From: Camelus ferus | Lineage: Eukaryota | DNA: 64,000 bases | Assembly: GCF_009834535.1 (NCBI RefSeq) | Contig: NC_045697.1 | Span: forward strand, 98,830,001-98,894,000 | Direction of reading: 5' to 3' | In this document: positions 1-13,700 of the stretch, one piece after another | Position numbering within the stretch: the first letter of the stretch is position 1 | Layout of the letters: every line of letters begins with the position of its first letter | Translations under genes and position numbers: made by a program | The notes under the pieces: model-generated | Databases searched by the model: none | What the model saw: only the letters and a program-made list of their open reading frames with translations | Told to the model about the DNA's origin: nothing

Positions 1-448
1 AAACATCTTACTCAAGTCACACCTCCCAGGGAGGGTTAAAGAAGAGTGAGAGTTGAAAACAGTATAAAGTGTAAAAGTAGTTCCTACATGTTTATTGATT
101 TGTGATGCATGAGAATCCTACACATCAAATTAAGGATCTGGAGAGGGATGGATTTATCTGCAAGTTTTCATTAAAAAAAAAAAAAAAGAAGAAGCAATCA
201 CAAAATGTTAGCATTTTGTAAGTGTGGTGGCAAATACATAGATTTCTTTTATGTTTATTTCTATAAAATTTAAATGCGTAAAGATGTAAAAGTGTCAATA
301 GAGAACATCTTACATATATGAAGGTGGAGGAATTTTATTCTACATATCCCTTTTGTAGAATTAAAGTTTGCAAAGTTATTTATTTATTTATGGTTAATTT
401 ATCACAATAGTGATATGCAAATACATGGAGGGTAAGATGAATGAGCTA

Positions 449-508
449 ACCACCACCACCACCACCACCACCACCACCACCACCATCATCATCATCATTA
501 TCATCATC
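449..508. repeat. Compound (CAC)n(CAT)n trinucleotide microsatellite
   Basis: Read directly. Confidence 0.95.
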
Positions 509-2219
509 TGGCCTTGGATACATTAACTCCCTGCATAGCTGTCATTCAAAGCATAATCAGTTAAATGGGATTTCTATTTGTCAAATAGTGGTGATCTATC
601 CTCCCAGATATTTTATTGTTGAGTTCAGGTTATCAAGTCACTGACTGTGTGGTCCAACTGCTATCTGTAGGTGCATTTTAACTAGGATATGACTCAAATA
701 AATGTTGAATAAGTATATTCACTGAGTCATAAAAATTGCTATTTGTTTGTTACCAGCCAAAAAGAACATATATTTGCCAAATTGTTTGCTGGCTCATCTA
801 TTCATTTACTCATCTTCTGGTGGAAACTATTGTTCGTTTCAAAGACTAGAAATTTTCTTCCCCAAGGTGAAAATAGACTATTATTTACAGGAGAAATTTA
901 GAAAACCATAGGAAATAATATTGCTCTAGGGATATAATTTTGCTTTTGGATATAAAGCTAGAGATTTGGAAACCCAAGTTAGTAGCTAAGCTAAAATTAT
1001 CACCTTAAATTGGACATTTTTCTACCTTTTAGTAGTTTAGAGAGTTGAAAGACCTGTTGGGGACAGTGAAGTTGGAAGGTTATCACTAAATAACAACCGT
1101 TTTTATGAATTCTGAATTTTATCTTATTTTTTAAAAAAGCCATATTCCAAAACTCACACACGGTTTCTGGTAGATACACTTTTCTGAATGAAACTTTTGA
1201 AGATAGATCACAGAATTTGAGGAAATTCCAGGATTTGACTGTTAAAACCTTATTTATGATCCAGGCAAAAGGAGAGAGCATTCGAGATAGCAGCTAGAAA
1301 ACCCACACATTAGTCTCAGATTTTTACACTGGCAAACATCTTACTCAACTCACACTTTCCATAGAGGATTAAAGAAGAGCAAGCTGAAAACAGTAAAAAA
1401 AACAAAAAACAAAAAACAAAAAACAGAAACACCCCAAAAACCTCTTTAAATATGATTAAAAGAGCAAAGCTACTGCACTTATTATTTAATGATTCATGAT
1501 GCAAAGAATGCTACTACTGATCGGATTCAGGATCTGGAGAGAGAATCAAAAACAATCAAGGGTGAAAATAGCTCATATGATGTGAAAATTTGTAGTCATC
1601 AATAGAATGCCACATTTTAAATGGCTTTACTGTCGATTGCTAATGAAATGACTTGGAAGAGGCACTATTCAATATCCAGTCTGACCTTGCTTACTGAAGC
1701 AGTTTTCTAGTATTCTTGCCAGATACTCTTCGGCTTCCTAAGATGTGAAGATTTCTAGTGACGGGGAGTCAGTGACCTTGAATTCTCCACTACCCCAAGG
1801 TGACTCATACAGTCCTCAACCCTGCATTGTGTGAACTCAGTGATAAAATAAAAACACTCTTTAACCTTCAGATGATTCTCTGACAGTGCAAACATGGCAC
1901 TTCGGATCTGGCTGACTACTTTTCCAGGCCTTAAAGTAATAAACTAAATCACCGATACCCCAGCTAGATCCATTTAATTGGTTAACTATTTCACGCTTTT
2001 CAGACTCCATTAAACCCCATCCTCTCCATATCTGTTTTCAAGTCCCCACTTGGGTGAAGCCTTCATTTCCCCTCTGCCTCTGCTGCTTAGTTAGGCACAA
2101 ACAGCGCTTTTGGACACCTGCATTTAAGCACTTCAGACTCAAACTATGATTATACAGACTGGGAGAGTGTACCCAATGGACGAAAGGCCAATCTAGCAAG
2201 GAGTAGAAAGGCTATTTTT

Positions 2220-3550
2220 GATGCGTAGGCGGTCAGAACCGCAGTTGGCCACTATCCCCTCGCTCCGCGGGCGCCTCCCAGACACCGCCCCCAAAAGATG
2301 GGCGGGCTCGGCCGCGACCCTCGCCGCCTCCGCGAGCCAGCCGGCCTCCAGGTTTCCCAGCAAGCTCCGGGACAGAGGAGGTGGGGAAAGGAGGTCATCG
2401 CGCCTGCGTGCTAGGAGGTGTGACCCGGGTGGGAAAGCCCTCCGCGTCCGCCATTTTGGCTGCCTCTGTCGGTCTGTTCAGTTACCACGTGAACCGCCGA
2501 CGGAGACCCGTGGGGGGGGGGGGGAGGCGGCGGCAGCGTTAAGTGAGAAAAGAAAAAAGACAACGAGGGGAAGGGGGTGTCGGGGTTGGGTGACGCGGTG
2601 ACACCCGAAGCCTGGTGGCGGCGGTGTATCGGGGCACTCAAGGCTGAAGCAGCCGGGGAACGACGGCGGCGGCGGCGGTCGGACAAACGGACTGACCGAG
2701 CCGGGCGGTGGCGGGAGCAGCGGGAGGAGCCGGAACGATGCCGGCCGTGAGCCTCCCGCCCAAGGAGAACGCGCTCTTCAAGCGGATCTTGGTAAGTGTG
2801 AGGCTCCGGGTAAGCAGCGAGGAGGATTTAGCCGGCACACGGGCCTGTCACCCCTAACCTCGGCCCACCGGGCACCGGGCCACTCTCGCCTGGGACCCCG
2901 CCTTCGTACTCCTAGTCAGGCCGAATGCCCTCCCTCGTCCCCTCCTTGTGGTTCTCACTTCGGCCCGCGCTCCAGGGACCACAGGCTTCCTCCTCGAGTC
3001 CCCACGCTTCGGAGGCCGTGGTTCCGGAGTAGGCCCCGTTCTCCTCGCTTCTAGACTGCCGGTTTTCATTCGTCCCGAGCGAAGGGAGGAGAGGCCTGTC
3101 GTTTAGCAGCGAAGCGGACAGCACGGGCAGGAGTCGCGGCTCGGTCGGTCCGGGAACCCTGCCGGCAGGCCGGGGTGGCACCCATGGAAGGAACAGGTGG
3201 TGCGGATGCGGCACAGCTCATTCATTGCCCAAGCGCGTCTCTCCCTCCATCGTCCGTCCCTCCCTCTTCCTCTCCTCTTGGGATTCACCTGTCCCCGCCC
3301 GACTCGGGGTCACTGAATGACCTGGTAGAAGGGAAGGAAGAAAAAAGTTGGAAGAGGAAAGGAAGCTTTCTAAGCCACTACCTCCCTTGTAGTCATTAGC
3401 ATGTTTGACTCTGCAGCTTCTCGGCCTCTCTTTTTCCCTCCTTTCTGGAGTGGGGAAAAGACATTTATTTCTTAGTTTCCGAGCGGGAAACAGCCCCACC
3501 CCATCACCCTCCTCGGGGGGTGGGGCCCATTGCGAGGGGGCGGTCCAGTA
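2220..3550. promoter_or_regulatory. CpG island / NAA15 promoter, 5' UTR and start of intron 1 (probably bidirectional)
   Basis: Sharp GC- and CpG-rich block in AT-rich surroundings that spans the first coding exon. CCAAT at 2173 and 2188 (just upstream), YY1-type CCGCCATTTT at 2448-2457, E-box CACGTG at 2486-2491. Boundaries approximate. Confidence 0.9.
2738..2791 (+). CDS. NAA15: NAA15 coding exon 1 (MPAVSLPPKENALFKRIL)
   Basis: ATG at 2738 with A at -3; translation is the NAA15 N-terminus; donor GTAAGT at 2792. Confidence 0.98.
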
Positions 3551-6487
3551 GGAAGTGAAAAGTTAAGAGCTTTTAGTTGAGAAGTTCTAGACACGGATTT
3601 TCTTACAGCCTGAAGTGCATTAACACTGATGCAAAAAATTAGCAGCAGAGAAAAGAGAATATAGGGACTTTTGAAATGGATGTTTTTGACCCTAACTCAA
3701 GCTCGATAATTCTCTGCATGTCAAATGTGTGCAGCCCGTATTTTTTAATACCATAAATGCGATGATGTTTGGAGGGACTGTTTACATTGTAATAAACACT
3801 TTGTAGCTTGGCTACTATAATTAATAAATTGTAGCACATTTTTTGTTTGGCATTTAGTGTGTGGGTTGCCGCTTTCATGCAAACAGTTCTTCGAGAAAGA
3901 ATTTGCCAAACTTAAGACGTAAAATTTACAGAGTCTGTCAAAGTGTTAGTTTTTTCCTCTTGTAATTTATATTTATTTCATTTGTTTAAAAAGTATAACA
4001 ATTCTGGGGATCCAGGTTTTCTAGACACAAGACACTAATCCATGTTGAACTAAATTTGATTTTACAAAAACATCCATATGCCTACAGATTTAGTCAATTC
4101 GTGTGGAAAAACATGAAAGTCACATCCAGTACTATGTAATCACTCTTAGTTACCTTGAAATTCTTAATGCTTTTTTTTTTTTGGTTTTAAGACTAATTGG
4201 CGTGTGGGTGGGACTATAGCAAAGTTTTGCCAGAACAGTTTATTTTTCAACATTTAAAAAGACTAATTGGTGTGTGGTTTCGACTATAACATCATTTTAG
4301 GGTAGCAGTTTGTGTTTAACCTTCCTCTCCAATTCTTTATTTTGAAAAAATTCAAATTAAAAAGTTGAGACAAGAGTACAAGGAGCCCTCATAAACCCTT
4401 TACCTAAATTTAATATTTAACAATTTGCCAGATTTGCTTTCTCTCTCTCCTCATACTTATGTACAAGAGTTAAAAATAAGTTGCAGGCCTAATACTTTAT
4501 CCCTAAATGCTTCAGGAAGCATCTTCTAAGAATAAGGATATTGTCTTGTATAACCATAATACTATCAACCATTCCCTAATATTGTCTAATATCCAGTTCA
4601 TACTCAAGTTTTTTCAGTTATTAGGGCAGCACTTTTTAAAAAATTAAACTTTTAATTTTGGGGTAACTGTAGGGTCACACATTAAGAAATAATAGAGATT
4701 GCCTTGTACCCTTTACCCAGTTTTCCCTTGCTAATGCTTTGCAAAGCATTATCAATATCATAACATTGATACAGTCTGCTAATCTTATTAAGATTTTTCT
4801 GTTTTACTTGTACCAATTTGTGTGTATATGTAGTCATTTGCGATGTTATCACATGTGTAGATTACATAACCATCACTACAGTCAATATACAGAACAGTTC
4901 CATGAGCACAAGGATCTCTCTGTTGCCCTTTTAGAACCCCCCCCCATCCCTCCCATCTCCTCCACCTCCGCACTCTGGCAACCACTACTAATCTGTTCTC
5001 TATTTTTATAATTTGGTTATTTTAAGAATGTTTACTGAAAAGAATCATACACTATATAACTTTTTAGGATTAGCTTTTTTTTTTTGCAACCTTGAGATTC
5101 ACCCAAGATGTTGGAGAAATCAATAGTTTGTCCTTTTTAATTGCTGAATGGAATTTGGTGATATGGATGCACCATTGTTTAACCATTCACAGAAAAGCAG
5201 TTTTTGATTAAACATCTTAAACTTTTTTTGTTTTTGGTGGTGATAATGCGGAGAAACCTTTAAGTTCATTGCTAAAATCAAAGTGCTAAAGGATTTCTTA
5301 TAAGGTGTATGCGGGAGAAATGTGAAATACCACTAAACAAAAGGGAATATAATGTCCTTATTCTTTTACATTTAGGTTGAAGAAAATGTTACTAACCAAA
5401 ATTATGGTTAGTATTTGCTTTTTCAAAATTGCTTCTGCTTCCTCAGTATTTGTAGTAGTTAGCGTTTTTGATTTTAAGCTGCTCCCTACCCTCCCCCTTT
5501 GTAATCAAGTGTTGCTAGGTTGGTAACTTAAATCATTCCAGGAGCATTCAGTTTTTGTTAGTTGTACTATATTTGTTTGTAGGAAACTTGGGTAGAATGA
5601 AGTTAGTTTGTATTTTTTTTTTCAATCTGAAAAACCTCAATTTCAAAATAATGGAGTATGTTTTTGCCTTAGTTTTTCGAAGGAAACCTGGTTTACACGT
5701 CAGTTTGCAAGAAGTTTCAGTTTCTGTAGTGTATTTGCCTGGCTTGTTCTAGTCTAGTTGATACCTAAAGTTAGTTTTGTTGCATATGTGGCCCATCTTT
5801 TTTCCTATGTTACCCTACTGTTTTCTGGCTAAAGCATTGCCATAAGTTGGTCAAAAAGTCTATAAAATGTGTCTTGTCTATGATTTGTTATAGAAAGGGC
5901 AGGTGATGAATTTAATGTGATATTATGTAGGAGTTTAGTTTAAAGAAGAGTTGTTTGTGTTTGTCAGAAGCCTTTTTGTTGCTGTAATTACATAGTATTT
6001 TAATAATTTGGTAAACTAAATCATTAGAAAATTGTGGCTTTGCCTACTCATGATGCTGTTTGTTTCTCTAAGTAATTAAAGGGGCGTTACCAGATCTTTA
6101 CACTGCTTTCTTAGGATATAAGTTAAGGGTAGGAGCAATGAGGTTGCTAGGGTAGAATGAAATCCACACCTTTCTGGATTTTAGCCCACTTGGACAAGTT
6201 GGACGTACCCTAATGCCTCAAAATCAAGTTGCTAGTTTGGTGACTGTTGCTGCTGTTGTTTTATTCTCTCTTCTCTTCAGATGTTAATGTGAGCTATAAG
6301 AAAAAAAGTCTAAGTTGGGAGTACTTAAACATTGTACATCGTTAATCTATTTTTAGACTTTTGCCTGAATGATTTATGTTGTTAGTTAAAAGTTAGAATA
6401 GAATTTTTCCTTTCTCAGAAAAGTGGTGAGAGAAGTTAACATAGCATGGTGGTAATATTTGTGATTTACTGAAAACTTAGCATTTGT

Positions 6488-6686
6488 ACAGCACAGTAGA
6501 ACTTTCTGCAATGATGGGAATGTTCTGTATGTGCTTTGTCCATTATGATAGCCATTAGCCACATGTGGCTGTTGTACACTTGAAATATGGCTTGTGTGAT
6601 TAGGAACTGGATTTTTCATTTTAATTAATTTAAATTTAAATTCAAATAGCCACATGTGGTGAATGGTTACCATTTTGGACAGTGCA
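6488..6686. mobile_element. MER3-like hAT-Charlie DNA transposon fossil
   Basis: AGAACTTTCTGCAATGATGGGAATGTTCT...TAGCCACATGTGGCT. Confidence 0.8.
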
Positions 6687-9004
6687 CTTACTAGAATTCT
6701 TTAGTCTCAAAACTTCTCAAGATGGGGATATTTTTATTAAAGAAGCAGATTGAGATTAAGGTTAACAGCTAGTGTAAGAGTCAGGAATCAAAACTTGTTT
6801 TTTCAGAGCACTTAACACCACATTTGCCTAGTTTTTTGTTAGGTAAAAGGAGTGGTAGTAATTGTTAGATGGCTGTGTATATTGTAGGTACTCACAGATG
6901 TAGGTAAATTATTTTGTTATTTATTGCTTTTGGAAAAAAGTACTGTCTGTACAGTTAATGATACTTAGGTTGGATTTAGTTGCGGATGAAATTGACATTA
7001 GGATGTTAATAAGTAGATTTCCATATGCACATGGAAGATCAGCTGACTTAAACTTTGTATAACAATAATAGTTTTGCAACTGAGTGTGGACAGTAACCTT
7101 GAAATTGATTTTGCCTGTAGTGCATGTGTTTAAAATATAACAAAGAAAAAATAAATGGAAACAAAGTTTTACCTGCTGTTAAGTCCCCTTTCTTCTGAAT
7201 ACAACTGATAATCAAATGTTTGAACTACAATAAATTTGTTTTAAAGTGTATTAGAAAATGAAATGCAATGTTGCTGTAATGTAAATATACTATATTCTTA
7301 TAAAATTCACAAAATACTTTTTTTAAGTCTATAAAAAATCTTATGGGAAGCAAAAACTATTTGATAATGTGGCAAGTTCACTGTTTTCATTTCAATTCCT
7401 GCCCTAAATCCTTTCTGGAATGGGTGTAGTATGAATGAACAAATAAGTATATGTTTTTTATGTAAATTCAGAAAGCATATACATTTTTAAATGCTTTGTT
7501 GTGTTAGAGACTGAAATGTTTAAGTGATACTTTTGGGTTAAGAGTAGGTTAAAATTCTTGTTTATGTAGATTATTTGGAGAATAGAGTACTCTGGTTAAA
7601 AAAAAGAATACAGTTTAGTTTTCAAAAGTAGACAACACTGTATGTGCAGAAAAGCAGACAGAAGCGTAATAGGGAACTGAATTTAACATTTGATTCTGCG
7701 AGCATTTCAAAGCCTTGCAGTCTCTGGCTTTTATTGGGGATTACACAAATTAAGTTATTTGATGATAATAGAGTTGCCATCCCAACTATTAATTTGAAGA
7801 CTGGTTAAAAGCAGTTTCCACAGAGGCAGACATGGTATTCTATATGATTGAAGGACTGGAAAGCTACTCGTCAACCGACTTTAACTATAGTAATCTCTTT
7901 GCTTAGTACATATTCTTATTTTCTTTGATGTTTCTACTTCTAATAATGCATTTCTCAGCATTGACTGAAATATATTTTCTTTGTTCATAAAGTGTTTTTG
8001 GACATAAAGAGCTAGGGCATAGAAGGGATCATATGCAAAGGACTGTTCAGAATCCCTCTCTCCAATACCTTTATATCTCATTTCTTCTCTTGTTTCTTTC
8101 AGAATTCTGCATAAATGTTATATAGAGGCTAGAAGTCCTCTTCAATTCAACCTTCTTATTTTCTTCCTTGCTTAATTTTTTTTCCTATCACATTATCATC
8201 TGACATATGTATAAGTAATTTATCATGTTTTCCACAATTAAAATGTAGGTTTTATGGGATAGGGACTTTGTTAATTGCTGTTCCCCCATTAGTTAGAATA
8301 ATGACCATAATAGGTATTGAATAAATATTTTTGTATTAAATGAGTGTTAAGACAGTGACTACATGGTAAGAGAGAGAGAGATCTTTGGATTTTGTGCTTG
8401 CATAAAGATTCTTGGAGAAGGGAGTTAAGCTGGGCCTTGGCTTTGTAGAATACATCATTATATGAGGTAATTGTAGGGTATCAGGCAAAACCTGTATTAC
8501 CCGATAAGACCTTGGAAGTTTCATTTATGAATGAATCATAGTATTAGGTTTGTTTACATGGCCTTTCTCCCAGCACAAAAGCATAATAAGAGTAAATTTT
8601 TATTGTTTCTGTTTTGGTGGTTTCGGCATTGGAGGAAAAATGGCATCTGGATTAAATAAGGATGTTTGTCATGAGGAGCCTGTTGAATCAGATAGTAAGG
8701 CTCAGTCATCTGTAGTTTCATAAAGCTCTAAAGCTGATTCTGACAGAGTCAGCGATGAGGATGACTGTATATGATATTATGAGACAGAATATAAAATGTT
8801 AGAAGGGGAAAACTTTTGTAATTTAGAGTTGCTTTGTGAGTGTTTTTCAGAAAATTTAAAAATCAAATTGAATTCTTGGAATTTGAGAAAGGTATGCTGG
8901 AGAGCTGGTGTGGCCGAGCAAGCCACTTAACTAATCAGTAAGCCTAGCCAACCATTAGCATTCATATCTAGTACAACTTTGCTCTCTGTTCATAGGCAAT
9001 AGCC

Positions 9005-9136
9005 AGGGAAGGGTATAGCTCAAGTGGTAGAGTGCATGCTCAGCATCCAAGAGGTCCCGGGTTCAATCCCTTGTACCTCCTCCAAGCAGAACTCAATGAA
9101 GAAACGTCATTACCTCCCTCTCAGAAAACAAACAAT
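9005..9136 (+). mobile_element. tRNA-derived SINE (Vic-1-like, camelid)
   Basis: A box TAGCTCAAGTGG, B box GGTTCAATCCC, A-rich tail; TSD ATAGGCAATAGCC at 8992-9004 and 9137-9149. Confidence 0.88.
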
Positions 9137-10230
9137 ATAGGCAATAGCCCTATTGAAGAGAGAAGAACTTAAGATTCTTAGTGAAAAATGGTTTTAGAAA
9201 GAATGTCAGTTGCCAGTGATAAGAACAGCAAGTAAAGAGGTTTAAAAGGTTGATGGTTCTCAGTATATATATTAAGGTATAAAGGGGAGAAAATTTTATA
9301 CTGTGACTGTATTGGCTTTTGGGAATTTCCCTGGAATGTCAGCTGTACATTTACATCCAAGCTGTTTTATGATACATGCTGTACAAACTTGTATTGAAGT
9401 TGTAACTTAAAAAAAAAACTAGTTTAACTTGTTGCATAAGGTTTTCCCCTTTAGGTAAGATATGAATTGTATTGTGCACTGCTTAATTTAGAGTTAAAAT
9501 AATTACATAAAATTTTAATTTAACAAAAGCAATCTTTTGGCTATTTAAAAGTGAAATATAAATTGCAGTATAGAAATAAATGATGGAGAGATTAATGTTT
9601 TTGTTACCTGATATGCTCTATTCCACTGAGATTTTCTTTGGTAAGTGTAATAGGAGCACATTTTCAGTTGAGAAAATCTTGAAATTTCTACTAAAACCTA
9701 CTGAAGAAAGTATAATTTCATTTGAAGCCAGTGATAATTTTAATCTTAAAGATTGCATTTGTTTTTATTATAGATAAGATTATTTAAACATTCCTGTGTG
9801 TGATCTGTAAGACTTCGTTTATCTGATTATGCATAAAAGGAGAAATGAAAGTTTTCTTTTAAAAATATAGATCTAGGAAAAAACCCTTAGGGTTGGTTGT
9901 ATACTTCCACACATGATGGTGGTTCTGATTTAATAAAAACAATTTCCTTGTATGTTAATGGCTTCCACTTAATATGGTACCCTAGTTTTCAGAGAGATTT
10001 CATTGACTATTAGAAGATCTCCTTTGGTTATCAGTGCTCAGGAACTGAGTCAGAATCTTTAAGAAGGGGAAAATGAAATAAACTGGCATTTATTGATCAT
10101 CTGTTTTGAGCCAGATTTTATGCTAGGCACATTAGCTGATACAAACTTTGAATTACTCCTTTGAAATTGTAGTAAGTGTAGCCAGTACTTATGATTACAT
10201 TGTCAAAAGTATGTTTCTCATTGATTTATA

Positions 10231-10790
10231 TACAGTTACTTGTGCTGTATCAGGATAAATGGGTTCCTAAAAGCCACTGTACTATGCAGTATCACATGAT
10301 AAAAACCACAGAGCTTGTGGGAAAAGTGGGTCAGGCACAACCCTCAAAAACTTCATTAGGGACAAATCAAAAACAAAGATAAGAATCTGATAAAAATGAT
10401 AGCACGGTTTTACATATGTAAATGGCTAACAAATACATAAATACTGCATTTTACCTTGGAAAAGACCTGAAGTTTGCTTGTGGAAATGGGTCTCAGGAGG
10501 ATTGCAGCTGGTGAATTGTTGTGAAGTGATGGAAGGAAAGTTATCTTAAATTTGAAAGTTGTAACAGTAAAGGTGGATGAGTGTGGCTTATAACCCACAG
10601 GTGAACTGAGGGAGCTGAGGTGTTTGTGGTGTGTGTCTGTGCTGTGCATGCCTGTGCAACTCGTTTCAGCTGGGTGCAAATTTTTGTGTTCACCCTGTAT
10701 TTCTGGTGGACAAAATCCCACAGGAGCAAACAAGAAATTTGAAATTTAGTATGCTTGAAATGTTCTCTAAATACCCATCATGTATCTAAC
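10231..10790. mobile_element. Tigger-family (Tigger6-like) DNA transposon fragment
   Basis: TA-CAGTT start; GTTCCTAAAA...AAAAACCACAGAGCTTGTGGGAAAAGTGGG matches my recollection of the Tigger6 5' end; right boundary uncertain. Confidence 0.55.
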
Positions 10791-13700
10791 TGATACGGAG
10801 ATCACAGTCCCTGGATCTGGGTAGCTCTTCCTTCACTCTGAAGTGTGTCTATTTACTAAGCCAAAACTTCTTGCATCTAGTACCTGAGAGTGTCACATTC
10901 TTTGCCAACTTGGTTGCAACTACCCCTGGGGAGACTTAAATTTTTTTTCAGCATTTTTCATTGTTAGAAGAAGCTTTGTACCCAGAGTATCAAAAGTTTC
11001 AGACTAATTCATCCTTAAGGTTTTTGTGGGGTGGCTAAATAACATTTTTAAAACAGGAAATAAAATATTACACGTTTCTTCAGTTTGCATTTGAAATGAT
11101 TTTTGATTCTCAATAGGGGAAGCCTGGTGTGGAAAGAAAAAGAAAGATTATAGATTTTAATCTTGGCTCTGCTTTACTTTATCCTTTACACTTTTTGAGA
11201 CTTAGTTTCTAAATCTGAATAAAAAGAGAAAAACAATAATTTTCTGACCTTCCTTGCTGGTCAGGTAGTGAGATATGTATGAAAATTACTGGTAAACGGT
11301 AAAGCATATGTATTAGTACACAGATAGTATAGGTATAATCTGTAAAGATCATTAGCCTTTTCATTGGCTTGATCTCATCTTGGTTTTATGTTATCCATAT
11401 CATGTGTTTTATACGCTTTAATATTTCTATTTTGTTTTTTTAAATATGTTTTTGTATTTAGAAAGGTTTATATTTTTGTTTTAGTTGTTTAATTTTGTAC
11501 CGTTAAAAATTCCATTAGTTCTCTTTTTCTTGCTTAGGGTGTAGGGGGGAGGGAAGTTTATGCTGTGACTGAATTTTATGCTATTTGATTTGTCAGTTTT
11601 AAATTAATTCCATTTTCTTATGTGTGAAACAGTAAATGAGCTTATTCTACTTTATTTTTTTTCTCTTTTCCTCTGACTTTTTACAGTTATTTTTACTTAG
11701 TGAGAGTGTGCCATTTTATGTACTATTCTTCCTCATCAATGCCTTTGTTTTAGATTTACTTCTACAATTAAATATAGTTAATATTAACCAGCAGACCTTT
11801 TGCTTAAGTTTTCCTAATCAGCTCTCAGTTGGATGAAGCTTACTGTATAGTGGAGATTCCTCGGCAGTGCTTGTGGAAATCTCTTATTAAAGTTTTCCAT
11901 GTTAAAAGTGTTTTTCTACAGTCTTGATGTTTGAAGGACATCTTGGCTAGGTATGAAATCCTTGACTCACATCTTAAGTTTCTTGAAAATAACTGCTTCT
12001 ATTGTCTTGCTTATATGTTACTGATACCATCCTGAGTTTCTTTCTTTGTAGATGACTTAGTCTTTCTTTTCGAAGGTTTGAGTTTTTCTTTCTCTGTAAA
12101 ATTGAATATGTCTCTGTGTCAACTGTTTTGGATAAGTTTTCCCTGGTATGTGGTTTAAGAATGTAAACTGATGTTTTCTTTTGATTCAAAAATTATGGTT
12201 TTGAATATTAGTTCTGTTGTTTCATTCTTCAGTCATCTTCACCTGTTGGATCTTTGCCTCTCTTTTATATTACATTTCCTTTGATTCTTTTCTATTACAT
12301 TTCCTTTGGTTCTTTTTATTTGTTTGGTTGAGAAGTCTTATTTTCTCTCTTTAGGTCATATATCTTATAATTTAGTCTTCGTTTCTGAGATGATTTTGTG
12401 TGCTTTTGTTGGTTTGTTTCTAAACTTCAGTTTGTTCCTATTTTACAACTTCCTATTGTTTGTCTATACTATTCTAAATTTTGCATGTTTGATTTGAGAT
12501 GTTCTTTTATATCTGCATTTGTTACTTAATTATTTCTAATTTGTGGTGGAGTATTGTGTTGATATCTTTCCTCTTTTTTATCACTATGAGTTTTGGTGTG
12601 TTTTCATCTGCTGAAAAGATTGTCACTGTAAACAATTTTGTATAAGTAACTTGGTATAGATACTGGGCTCTTTTTTCTGTTCAGGTTATATGTGATGGAT
12701 TTCACTGCATCAGCAATATAGACAATTTTATTTTTGGGTGAGGTTTGGGTGGTTTCTTCAGTCTTTTAGTTCAAGAACACCGTATTTGTTGCTACAGTGA
12801 AATGAACTTTTTAAAATAAGTCCCGTCACCCCAATGTTCTGTATAGTTTTAAGAGGGCCTTTATCTTCAGTGCCACCCCTTCCATCAAGCCTTCAAGAAA
12901 CTCTTCTAAAATGTCTCTTCCGCCAAAGCTGTGCCTTGCTAAAACTGCCACCTTTGGTCTTACAGACTTCCTAAGCCTCTGCATTTTGACTCTCCAGTAG
13001 CCATTACTCTCATCCATCATGTCTCAGAGTACTTCCTGTCGACCTCTTGCTTGGGTGAACTTGGGTGAATGCTAGTTAATATTACATTCACTCACCACTA
13101 GGACCCTGCTGTATTGTTCTTTTGAACAGTTCCTATTGGAACTTGGAGCTTCTGGTCTTGGATGTTTATGTAATACATGTAAGTTGGAGTTTTTAGTTGA
13201 CTCATTCTCATCTTACAATGTTATGAGTGATTTTATTTGCTCTGTTGGTTTTTATGAGGGTTTGTGTAGTGTTTAGAAATTAGGGGGCAGCCACTATCCT
13301 GTAAAGAATTCATTTCTGTTTTTGTGTGCTATGCTTGAAAATAATAGTGGTTGCTTTAAAATAATTCGCAATTTAGGTTTTATGTAATTGAATAATTGAT
13401 TATACTTCTATTTCTATGTTGCATGACCACTCCATTGTTTTCTTTAAACTCTCTGGGATTATTTATCTTTGAAATAATTATGAGGTCCTGTTATATAAGT
13501 GACTCTCAATCGTATGCATGTACCTTGAGTTTTATTGAATTTTGTCCTATCCCTAAGCAATCAGAGTTTATAGCAGAGTTCTCTCATATTAAGCAGGAAT
13601 CCTAAGTTTTCCTTCAACTTTCTCTTCTTAAGTGACAAGTTAATACTGGGGGGAAAGTAAAAGAAAGGTAAGATAAACTTGGTATGTTTTACAATGCACT

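Noticed and set aside
449..508. Poly-His-like coding run
   Set aside because: No ORF or splice context; simple microsatellite
2218..3499. Several 60-127 aa ORFs in the CpG island
   Set aside because: Expected from stop-codon scarcity in GC-rich DNA; no recognisable domains
9005..9080. tRNA-Ala-like sequences (also at 32344, 44725, 49137 and others) as real tRNA genes
   Set aside because: They have a shared non-tRNA tail, A-rich ends, TSDs and divergent stems, so they are SINEs
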